Notes under the pieces: generated by a model | The model's database searches: none | Seen by the model: only the letters and a program-made list of their open reading frames with translations | Told to the model about the DNA's origin: nothing | Translations under genes and position numbers: made by a program | In this document: positions 12,450 through 22,508 of the stretch, piece by piece | Numbering within the stretch: the first letter of the stretch is position 1 | How the letters are laid out: every line of letters begins with the position of its first letter | Assembly: GCA_023334545.1 (NCBI GenBank) | Contig: JAADVB010000214.1 | Coordinates: 1-32,423, forward strand | DNA: 32,423 nucleotides | Source: Salisapilia sapeloensis CBS 127946 | Taxonomy: Eukaryota > Protista > Oomycota | Direction of reading: 5' to 3'

Positions 12450-15400
12450 TCATCTTTCAAAGAAAATATTGTTAGACCCAATAGCTTATTCAGCAATATG
12501 ATATTTCTTTTATGCTGCTGTTCATCTTAAGGCAATATAAGCACCAAGCAAAATAAAATACCCTTTGCGTTTGCATAAATGGTATGTACTTAGAATAAAA
12601 TTCCGTACGTCAAATAATTTGACATTTGTGGACATCAATTCAAATGCACTTTGTCATTTTCTCAGCAATGTCGTCTAAGTTGTTTGATTACTGATGTGTA
12701 CTCTCAACAGAGATATATTTTATAAGAAGCTAATATAGTACAATTCTTTATACGAGAACACTTTGTTATGTCTACTCACGAAGTGAATAGACCCTAGTTA
12801 CTAAACTATTCAATTTTATACAACGAGTAACAAAGTTACAACAAAAAAAGTAGGTATACTTTTAAAAAAATTTTTGTTTCAAACTAAAAGTGTAACGATC
12901 TTTGCATATAAAACTGACGTTTCCTACAAACAATTAAACTGCAAGTATTTATTCTGCAAAGAAATAAATCTAAAACAATGCTAATGATACACCATTAATA
13001 AATTGAAATAACTTTACAATTGTCCACAATTGGTGTTGACGCTATTATGTTAAAAAAACACGTTTGAAGCTAGCGAAATAAAGATCTAATACAAGATCAT
13101 GTAAAACAAAAATTCATTTACAAATAATTTTTATATATGCATTGCATAACTATAAAGTGCGTTTATAACACTTTCGTATAATAAGCATAATTTCTTATTT
13201 TTGTGTGGATTTCATTATTTTATAATAGACACATTTTAGTCCTTTGTAGCACTACTTTAATTGCAAACCAAAACTACAAGCATTGCAGAAATGCCGGTAA
13301 ATAACAGAATATAAAAACGAATAATAAAGAAATTCAAATAGTTATTTGTAAAAAAAGGAGCTTTTTATACAGTCTACACGTACTACAAACCTAAATTTAT
13401 TTGCGTATTTTGTTTAAACGTTGTCTATATTATATCATCAAAATTACTTTCTATAAAAATATAAAGAGTCTAAAGAACTTCTATAGTTAAAACAAGAACA
13501 AACATAGCGTCAATTTTGTATTCGTAGTAATAATTAATTTTAGTAAACAAATATTATATAATTTCAGCTAAGGTTGATCTTGCATATAGGGAAAACATAC
13601 CCATAAAGTGTCATGCATTGCACGCAGCAAACACCCATAGCAAACAGTAAAGACAGATATAATAAACAGAAAATAACTATTAAATAGCAATAACTTTTTT
13701 ATAACAATGAGTACTGACAAAATTGTAAATATACACAAAAAATTAAACACAAATTAGCTAGTATATTAAACATTCAGTAAATATATAAATTTAACAAAAT
13801 GTTTTTGATAAAAGTGTACATGTAGAAGCACATATAAACAAATTGCCTTTGATATGTAATATTATACCCAGTACATTTACATTGGTCTTCATAAATAGTA
13901 AATTACGATTATTTTAACAACATATATCACGATTGTTTTCTAAATGCAGAAAAACACTTGTTTTTATATTCGCAAAAATTTTGCTATATCTAAAAAACTC
14001 CATTTTACAAATAGTGTAAACGCTTCACAATATATTTGTTTAATGTAAATTTTTACAAGTATATTAATTTTATACAAAACGCTTAGTATGAGATAAATGT
14101 ATAACATTGGATGTTTTATATTACAATAAGCGAAGTGTTGTTTTATAAAATTAATGTAATACTTATATTATACCTACATACGGAAGCAAATGTTTTCTAT
14201 TTAAATGGGATACTTGAGACAATACATCTAGTAAGTAAGTATTACTACCCTATTTGTTTGCTTTTATATAATTACTCAAACCTTCATAGAATTCGCATTT
14301 TGTGTCAAATGTATATGTCTCTATTCATAGCATTTGTTATTTGTAAATAATTTAATCTGTGTACTACTCATTCTAATCTATTAAACACTAACGACTATAT
14401 GTAGATTCTTAGGCTTATGTCTAATGTTAATAGCAGCAACAAATAGCACACACTAAGTATGAAGGTGCATTTAAATACAGAATGCTTGTTGTTAAATCTT
14501 GATTCTTGTGATGTAATTACTTATAATCATACGAATATAGTTTTTTACTAAATAGAAATTCAAGTGAACGTAGTACAAAACGTACACCGGTTTTTTAATT
14601 TTTGTTTTGATATTTAAATTCATCACAAAAACTAACAAACAGTGTTAGAACAGTGTGCATTTGTTTAGTTCTTTAATAGCTTTTAGCTGTTAATTTAGCA
14701 TTTATGACTTGAAATAACTAACGTTATACTTTACAATTACGATGAAAGGCATATCATGTTTATACCTCAATAAAATTATTCATATCGTCTAGGTTATTTA
14801 ATCATTCTAAAGAACATATAAATTTAAAATAAAGCTTTTAATATCTCTTAAAAACTTAATGGCAAAGATACATTTAACGTCATTTATATGTTTGCATCTA
14901 CTTTCAAGGCTTTTTTTTAGGCTTTTATTTTACTTTAAAACATTTTTAATTTTTCATGTTATTTTGTTGATAAATATGCTATTTGTTTCTCAAATTTTAA
15001 ACCTAGTAGAATTTTACAAACAAAACAAAATTTCCGTAACAAATCACTTTTATTTACTTAAATTCTTCGATAGGAATTGTTTTTTGACAAAAACCTTTGT
15101 TATTTTTTATTGATCAAAAAGAGTTTTTATTTTAAAACAAGTTCCCTAATGTTGTTATTAGACCGTAGTCATTGTTGCTGTTTCGTTTGAAAGAAACTTT
15201 ATTTTATATATATCGTATAGGCTTTTAGTAGCATGTTTACTATGTTTCTTTGCTTGCAATGTGAAGCACGATCAAATGTAAACGGTGGTACCTGCGCATA
15301 GATGAAAAATTTGTTTTTGTATTGTAAAATAGATTGATTTGTTGAAAAGTTTAAGAAGCAATAACAGCAACTTGTATTTTTATTTACGTTTTGCGTATAT

Positions 15401-15550
15401 TTGTTACGCCTAGTATTGGGCTGACTACGATTTCTCGCATTGTTTTTAAACTGTCCTTTAAGCTAGAGAATGTAGATGTACTTGTTTGTTTGTCTTTGAA
15501 AGCACATGTATCAATCTTATTCTAGTCTGGCCATAGAGAGTATATGGGTT
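12450..15550. other. AT-rich island with no intact gene, inside a roughly 9.5 kb gene-free block
   Basis: Hand-counted 60-nt lines: 13501 = 18% GC, 14941 = 17%, 13021 = 35%. Flanking lines: 11401 = 52%, 16441 = 55%. Boundaries are gradual and approximate. Confidence 0.85.
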
Positions 15551-15795
15551 CTTCTAAACCATACAATACTATCTGATAAACTGCAAATGTCCGTGAAAGG
15601 AGGTGTATTTATTTCTCTCATATCGTGCGCCAACTAAACGAACAACGGCAGTAATAATGCAGAGTGTACTAGTGATGATATCTTCGTGCAGATTTGCTCG
15701 TGCGTTTTCTTAGACATGTTAACGTCATTGTTTAAAATACTCATCGCAGCGCTCGTAAACAACTGTGCAGTCTGTATAACATAGGCTTTTTGTAG
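15202..15795 (-). pseudogene. Possible decayed reading frame, family unidentified
   Basis: One minus-strand frame has only 4 stops in about 198 codons (roughly 14 expected at this composition), including an 87-codon stop-free run at 15202-15462. No motif was recognised. Confidence 0.3.
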
Positions 15796-17544
15796 CTAGC
15801 TTGATCATCTATACTCTAGATATGACAACTAGCTCAGCTATTTGGCCAATCTTGATTCTTATACGCGATGTGTAAAGCACTTCACACAACTCGTAGACAT
15901 CAGAAGTTCTTGTCCATGTCTACAAATGTCTACTGACTAGTTTTGTCTGCTCGCTCTCTTGCTATTGCGACTAACTGCTTCATTCAAAGCAGATATACTA
16001 ATTGGTTAAAGCGCCTCTTACTTTCTATTTCGTTTTGACACCTTACTGATGCCGCGCCATCATTGCCAATAGGAAAGATGAACTGATGTTATTTGACCTT
16101 CGGTCCGTAATGCTGACCATATTCGTGCAGCTGAAACCATCTACAACTGTAGACACACGAGTACATGATGGAGTCGTTGTAGGTCGACCGAACAGTTGCG
16201 GTGAGGGCATGATTTACCAAAGATCGCACTGGTACATGATGTCAGCGACGCATATCATACAACAACCGCTCATAAGTGAATAATAAGGGTAGCTGCTTAC
16301 TATGTAAATCTGGAGAACTCGAAAGCTGTCGCGAATACGATCTGGATATCGCGTCGTCATTAATGCACTCGTTTGTTCTATGCAGGATCAAGTCTTGACC
16401 AGAGGCACTTTTTACCTCAGCAATACTACTCCGTCGAGTGCCCTTACGTCGTTCGGGGCTGTAGTACCAACAAGAGTGATGGCACAGGCAGGCATAGCTA
16501 TACTATCCACTAGCGTTGAGAGAGTCGGCCTAGCTTGCATGATTGTCGCTCCGTTTCGAAGAATGGCCGTTGCAGTTTGCTTATCCGTGAGCTTCTAGTT
16601 GGGCCACGAGCTAGTGCGACTACACGGTCTTAGGAGAAACGAGTTTATTGGTAAGTATTAAAAATATATACTTCCACCATAAACGCAGCTCGAAAGGCAG
16701 CTTAGTAGTCAAATACAATCTCTTCGCTGAATGCGAGCACATCTCATAGTGTCTAAAATTCGGTCCTTATCATTGACGATGGCTTTTATATCGAGTTCCA
16801 CCTGGATCAGATTCAAGATAGCTAGTCTGAGTACACAGAATAAGCTGAAAGGTTGATGCAACAACCAAAGTATAAGAACGGAATTTGTACAATGATACGC
16901 TTTCAGGTCGATTGAGTTTTTACACGTCTTCAAACCTAGTTCAAACATAAATATCCCTGACCGTGCTTCTCGCCTCTTACCTTATCTAAACTCGTCTAGA
17001 GCAAATCTAGAGCTCGACTAACTGATCCAGCAATTTCCTCAACTTTACCACGCTCAATTATTCGGATTAGATGAAGTATTCGAGCAATGTCGCTTACTCA
17101 GAGCTACAACGCTTCAGACATCCTTCATAAGACCTGCAAAATGGACAAACAGTAGTTGATGAACGTTCAATTGCAATGTCTACTGGCAAGTACTGTGCAT
17201 AAATGGACAACCCAGTTTCTGATTGATACGAGCAGATCGAGCGAGAAATAGCAAGGGTTGATCGTGTCCCAGGAAGCATATTGGACGATGATGAAGCTGA
17301 TTTATAATTAACCACGCATCCTTGATTGGTGGAAACTTGGCACAGGAGCGTCATGGACTGCTTGAAGTGAGCTCGTTTCGCAGAATGCAGCGTGAAACAG
17401 CACCCTTATCAACGCAAGCAAGCTATGCTGCCTTTGCACTAGCTGTGCTAAAGCTCGTACGGTGTGAATGTGAGGAGAATATCATCGGAGATGCAAGGTT
17501 CTATTGATGCTACATGCATTGTCGAGACCGTTTATCGATGACTC

Positions 17545-18262
17545 TAAAAAATTGCTTCACTTCTAGGGCTTGCTGCCAATGGAAATGCCTGATCAACTCT
17601 TGATGATAAATTTTGGCGTGCTCTTTGCGCTTTACATGTCCAAGCGGTCCATGTTTCCCCGCTAGATAGACTTTATCGCTGGCATGGCTCATCATTTTGT
17701 CATCAGTCCGTTTGATTCGACCTAAGAGAATAATTTCGACAGCAACTACGCCATTCGGAAGAGGTAAACCGCGTCAAGTATTCTAAAAGAAATTGTTGCT
17801 CTTATTAAAGATTTATCTTTAGGAGGTTACATCGGGCCTCTCTCGCCACTTCCAGGTATATAAAAGATAGTATCGTCGTGTATGCTCGTGTCTATAAATC
17901 ATGTGCGAGACGTATGGAGATGGATATCTACAGACACTCGAGCACGACAGCTAATGAGCCCGTGCTCATTTACATCCACAGCGGAGAATGCTCTCGGTCA
18001 TTCGAGACGCATCCTCCTACGCGCATGATCTATCCAATTGTATCGCAAGTCTACATTGTTGTTGCCTGTGGCTACCCGACTCACTAGCAAACATATTTCC
18101 AGCGTACATCATCAACTGAAAGGATGTGGTGACGTAGTTACGCCACAGTCAATGGCGCGGGCGGCTAATGGGCCCATCTTCTAAATCTGTTTGGAGAACG
18201 TAAACAGTAGCGTCCAAGTGTTTGCTGAGTCGTGTGGTGTGGCGTCTTCGATACGCTGGGTT
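17545..18262 (+). pseudogene. Alpha/beta-hydrolase (HSL / BD-FAE / LipC-like esterase) pseudogene
   Basis: Across frameshifts it reads ...VYARV...RRMEMDIYRH...EPVLIYIHSG...IVVACGY(RL)...FPAYIIN*KDVVT*LR...GAGG*WAHLLNL...VVWCGVFD. This follows the family pattern LDIY..PVLIYIHGG..VSINYRL..FP.HI.DCK.AV.WLR..GGSAGGHL..YGVYD. An upstream hydrophobic frame (17579-17860, MEMPDQLLMINFGVLFALY...) carries TAG/TAA stops. Confidence 0.75.
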
Positions 18263-19211
18263 GAGAAGGACTCATAAATCTTGTACAGGATGTCCACGCC
18301 ATTCTCTGTCGGATACCGAACTAGCGACGTCCTTGTCCCTTACAAACACTCACTTCTGTCGTACGAACTGTTGCAGCAGTATTGGTAAAGGCGTCGGAAG
18401 CCTCCTATCGAAGAATGCTCATGTGTAAATGCACCACAAAGATGACACGAGCCAAACTGTCCTATACGTTCTGAACGCTCACCTATGAGGACGTAGTCGA
18501 GACATTCCACGACACCGTGAATGCAAAGACGCAGAGTAGAAAGCACCAACAGAGTGATCAAGTTCTTTAGCAAGTAGAGATACCTCAAGCCTGGAAAAGG
18601 CATGTAAAGAAACAGAGCTTTGCATGACGGCAGATAGAGCTTTGTGGAGTACTCTGCTTGATATTTTACGCTCTTTGTATGCTCAATGCATCAAAGATTT
18701 ACAAGCAGAACGTCGAGGCCGGTAGTAGCTCAATGCATATTGGAAGGACAGCCACTTGCACATTGACCAAACTAGTGAGAACTTTGTAGACGACCAACAT
18801 AAACCTATTTAACGACTGATTCCTTGTCTGGAGTTGAGCTCTGCTTTGCATGATACTCACTTCAGCCTTTTTAGGTTGTACGTGACCCCAGACGGGAAGT
18901 GAATATATACGATCATGATGGATTATGACAGGAGACAGCTAGCGGTTGTCATCGAAAGTAACATTTTGATAAGAACTGTCGCTACTTTCGTATTATTAGT
19001 TGAAGGAAACGAAAAGTTCGATACATAGAATAAAAAAGCTTCCATACCTTTTGCTCATTTGGTCAAGCTACATGCAGTTCGTCCCAATCTATACACGTTT
19101 TGAACGTGTTCAGTACATGTTCAAAACATATATTACACATGTTTACAACAACAACTTCTTCCCGTTTGAAACAATCCTGATAAGCTTTTGACACAAACTC
19201 GAGAGATCAAA

Positions 19212-20702
19212 ATGCAGCAAGAGGAAGATCGACAATTGCTTCGTCATGCGCTTCGAAAGACAGATGCAGAAACCCAGAGTTTCCTCCAGCCTCTTGTAGG
19301 CATCACTGCCGTCCAAGAGCTCTTAGTTTCGTTCGTCAAAGACGACTCTGGTCGGAGCTTTAGTGACTGGGTATGGGATCGCCAGGTCCAGCAAGTACTG
19401 AGCAATCTCCGTTCCATGAATCCTAGTTCCAATGGTGACAACCAGCTCTTGACAGACCAATTCTCTCGCATGCAAATAAACCAAATACAAAATGACGTCG
19501 CTCCCAAGGAACCAGAGTCACCACTAGCTCGAGCCGCTGATGCTCGTGTCGATGGCAAGTACAAGTTCCAAAAGGGCGACTACTACTCTGCCATGAACGC
19601 CTTCAAGCGAGCTCTTAAACTCACTCGCCAACGCCCGGACGACCGACAAGAGGTCACGGACCAGATCATCGTCTTGAGCTGCAACATCGCCGTCTGCGGC
19701 CTCAAGCTGCAGGACGCCGGTGCCGCGCGGCACTATGCCGGCGAAGCGCTGGCACTAGACCCACAATGCGCCAAGGCCCAGTACGCCCTCGCCAAGGGTC
19801 TGGCGCTGCAAAAGCAGTGGGCCGAGGCACGGGATGTGATCGTTCAAGCGGTTGCGGACCACCCTGGTAACCGGCTCTTGGCGGCGTTCGAGCAGGAGCT
19901 GACGGACATGGAGGAAGCTCACCGACAGAAGGAGCAGCGGGAACTAGTAGAGCAGGAACGTAAGGCAGAAGAGGATAAAATAAAGCAAGAACAGTTGCAG
20001 TTGGAACGCGCGCGGGTGGAGGCGCGGGCGGCGGCGGAGAAATCCGCGCGCATGGCCGCGCTGCCGTTGCCGTCGCGGCAGGACGACGCCCAGGTGTTGG
20101 CACGCCTGAACCGCTTCGGCGCCCAGGCCCACGCGCCGTTCCAGATCGATGTCCGGAGTTTGTTCAATGCCGAGAACGGCGAGCGGCCGCTGTATGACTG
20201 CCGGATCCTGCACGGTATCACGGGCGCCGTACTGGCGGACGGCGTGCAGGGGCAGTCAAAAAAGATGGCCAAGCACGAGGCCGCCAAGGTCGCGATCGAC
20301 GCGCTGTGGGCGGACCGGACGGCGCGCGGCGAGCTGCTTCCGGAAGACGAAGCGCACCGTGATGGCGCGGTGGTGGAGGAAGCGGCGCCGCACCCGGAAG
20401 GTCGAGAGGAGGTGGTAAAGGTGTCATATGAAGAGCAGCAGGTGGATCCGCTGGTGTTGCTGGGGAAACTGAACCAGCAGCAGCGCATGTGCGTGGACGT
20501 GACGGTGGAGGATACGTCGCCGGACGTGCACTCGCCGACGTTTTCATCTGAGGTGGAGATGAACGGGCGATTGATGGCGAGCGTGTCGGCCGCGTCGAAG
20601 AAGAAGGCGAAGAGAGCAGCGGCCGAGATGGCGCTCGCGGAGGCGCAGCGCCTCGGGTGGGTCGTGTACACGGACGTCCATGGACACGTACGGAGGGAAT
20701 AA
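19212..20702 (+). CDS. TPR-repeat protein with coiled coil and two C-terminal double-stranded RNA-binding domains
   Basis: About 3 TPRs (GKYKFQKGDYYSAMNAFKRAL; LSCNIAVCGLKLQDAGAARHYAGEALALDP; KAQYALAKGLALQKQWAEARDVIVQAVADHP), then an E/Q/K-rich coil. Two dsRBD-like units end in the diagnostic GQSKKMAKHEAAKVAIDAL and AASKKKAKRAAAEMAL helices. First ATG at 19212; intronless. Confidence 0.85.
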   Translation: MQQEEDRQLLRHALRKTDAETQSFLQPLVGITAVQELLVSFVKDDSGRSFSDWVWDRQVQQVLSNLRSMNPSSNGDNQLLTDQFSRMQINQIQNDVAPKEPESPLARAADARVDGKYKFQKGDYYSAMNAFKRALKLTRQRPDDRQEVTDQIIVLSCNIAVCGLKLQDAGAARHYAGEALALDPQCAKAQYALAKGLALQKQWAEARDVIVQAVADHPGNRLLAAFEQELTDMEEAHRQKEQRELVEQERKAEEDKIKQEQLQLERARVEARAAAEKSARMAALPLPSRQDDAQVLARLNRFGAQAHAPFQIDVRSLFNAENGERPLYDCRILHGITGAVLADGVQGQSKKMAKHEAAKVAIDALWADRTARGELLPEDEAHRDGAVVEEAAPHPEGREEVVKVSYEEQQVDPLVLLGKLNQQQRMCVDVTVEDTSPDVHSPTFSSEVEMNGRLMASVSAASKKKAKRAAAEMALAEAQRLGWVVYTDVHGHVRRE

Positions 20703-20763
20703 GCGGAATAATGAACTAGATGTTTGCATGGTCGTGTAGGAGCTAAGTTATACATCTACTTGT

Positions 20764-21321
20764 CTAGTCTGCGTGGATGTCGAGCGAGAGTTGGTAGACC
20801 TTTTGGGCCCGGCGAGCGCGCTGGTAGTACATCATGCTGACGCCAAAGAGACAGAGGTAGAGGAGTGCGGCGAGGAAGACACTGAGCGCGAGCGAAGACT
20901 TGGATTTGCCTTCCGGCGGCTGGGCGCGAATGTAGAGAGAGTCGCTCGCGAGCAAGAAGCCGACGAAGAGCTAGGCAGGGGTGAGTGGGAGGTTAGAGGG
21001 CGCTGGCGAGAGACACGTACGAGGAGGGCAAAGCCGGAGAAGGAGAAGATAGCGCAGAAGATGATGTCTACAGAGAGGAATGAGCGGGTAGATCTAGACT
21101 AGATAGAGGTCGACTAGCGCACTTGGATCGATTTGCGGTCCTTGCGTATTGTTCTGGGCGAGCAAGTCTTCGAGGTCGGCTGGTTCGTCCAGGTCGTCCT
21201 CGTCGCTATTGTCCGGCGAGATGTTTCCGGCGTTCAAGTGCTTCAGGTTGGCATACCCCGGTCGCGTTCCGTCGAGCTTGGCCGACATCTCCTGCTTGTA
21301 CGCCGACAGGAACTTGGACAT
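20764..21321 (-). CDS. Small two-transmembrane protein, RNASEK / V-ATPase subunit f-like (150 aa); exons 21123-21321, 21021-21067, 20764-20970
   Basis: Two GT-AG introns (55 and 50 nt) join ORF fragments into MSKFLSAYK...QIDPNIIFCAIFSFSGFALLLFVGFLLASDSLYIRAQPPEGKSKSSLALSVFLAALLYLCLFGVSMMYYQRARR... The two-helix pattern C..FS..G...LL..G..L...S and F.AA.LY resembles RNASEK. The gene model is solid; the family call is tentative. Confidence 0.65.
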
Positions 21322-21517
21322 GAGAAAAATAGGATAAAATCGGCTCGGAAGAGCTGGTACATGTTCGGATCCAGGGTGCTTTTACATGACGTGTACCCCG
21401 CAACGACCAATGGAAACTTGGACACACAGCTGGTACGACGTTGGAACGCTGTAGGTCCAAGAGACGTGTACCATGAAAAGACCAGTGGAAACCCAAGCAA
21501 AAGCACCGTGTTCGAGC

Positions 21518-22353
21518 TTAACTACGCGATCGGCTCGAGCTGCGGCTACGACTGCTGTAGCTACGGCTACGGCTGCGGCTACGGCGATTGTTGTCTCTCG
21601 GCCGACTGCGACTATTGCTGCGACTGTAGCTGCGACTACGACTGCGGCGGCGGCGGAACGGCGACGGACTGCGGCGCCGACCGCGGTGGGCTGGCGACCG
21701 GCTTCTGGACCGGCTACGTGGCCGCGACCGCGAGCGGGAGGCAGATCGCCGGCGCCGACGGAATGGCGATGCGGCTCGGCGGTTATTGCGCGCGTTTACA
21801 TTCCGACGGTTGTTCACGGGTGACCGTCTAAAGTTGCGTCGCGCGGGCGAACGCTGGCGACTGCGACTGCGATCTCGGGTTGCAGGAGCTGCCTGATTCG
21901 CAGCTTTTGTCTCGACATTCTTGGCGTCGCGCACGCGTAGCTTTTTACCATCTAGCCATCCGTCGTTCATGTGCTCCAAGGCCGCTTGGCTCTGTTCCTT
22001 CGTGTCAAAGTGAAGGAGAGCAGCGCGCGAGGCTGGTGGGTCGGTGCTGGCCGCCTCGGCCCACGCGACGTGCATCACCGGCGCGAACTTACCAAAGACT
22101 TCCTTGAGGTGGTCCACATTCACATTGCTATTCTTTGTATGAGGATTTTATATCGAAAGGAAGAAGGCTTTACAAGGTACCGAGTGAGGTTCTCGACACG
22201 GAGGCGGAAGCGGCCGGTGGGGCTAGTGTCTTTGGCATCGCTATTACGCCGGGCTGGTGGCGAGCGTGACCTAGATGGGCTCGATGGACTGCGACTGTGG
22301 CGACTGCGTGGTGCAGGGGAGGCCGAGCGCGACCTGGACCTGGAGCGAGCCAT
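21518..22353 (-). CDS. RNPS1: RNPS1/SR45-like serine/arginine-rich RRM splicing factor; exons 22181-22353 and 21518-22127
   Basis: RS-rich N-terminus, then a single RRM. Removing a 53-nt intron gives LRVENLTRNVNVDHLKEVFGKF, which matches the RNPS1-type L.R.V..DHL.EIF pattern; the RRM continues to A.EHMNDGWLDGKKLRV. Long RS-repeat C-terminus. Confidence 0.85.
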
Positions 22354-22398
22354 CGACCTTTTGGCTCTTTGCGATTTAGTGTTGCGAGGTGCTGTGCC

Positions 22399-22481
22399 TT
22401 GATTGGGTCGAAATGAAACTTTAGGACGGTTTTAGTACAAAATAGAGGACCAGTGTTTTATCGTGTAAATGACCCAATCAA
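22399..22481. promoter_or_regulatory. Candidate bidirectional promoter with an 11-bp inverted repeat containing CCAAT boxes
   Basis: TTGATTGGGTC (22399-22409) and GACCCAATCAA (22471-22481) are exact reverse complements. They lie in the 155-bp gap between divergent ATGs at 22353 and 22509. Confidence 0.55.
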
Positions 22482-22508
22482 AGGCCTTTGGCGGACACGA
22501 ACTCAGAC

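Noticed and set aside
12960-13750. Plus-strand frame with almost only TAA/TAG stops, suggesting a ciliate-type genetic code or contaminant
   Set aside because: About 25 stops in about 260 codons is what 25% GC random sequence gives. Reading them as Gln gives no recognisable protein, and TGA is expected to be rare at this composition.
12450-15550. AT-rich core as a mitochondrial insertion (NUMT)
   Set aside because: No cox/nad/atp/cob/rps or rRNA/tRNA-like segments were recognised. The short hydrophobic ORFs are what AT-rich DNA produces by chance. A BLAST against oomycete mitogenomes would settle it.
16896-17159. 88-codon plus-strand frame with a single TAA (YAFRSIEFLHVFKP...LELD*LIQQFPQLYHAQLFGLDEVFEQCRLLRA)
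   Set aside because: Protein-like but unidentifiable, and only marginally stop-poor for the number of frames examined.
9600-19150. LTR retrotransposon or DNA transposon in the gene desert
   Set aside because: I found no RT (YxDD), integrase, RNase H or transposase motifs, no LTR pair, and no terminal inverted repeat. A highly decayed element cannot be excluded by eye.
21133-21831. Plus-strand ORF with Cys/Gly/Tyr/Asp repeats (CGYDCCSYGYGCGYGD)
   Set aside because: It is the antisense reading of the RS repeats of the RNPS1-like gene and the small membrane gene.
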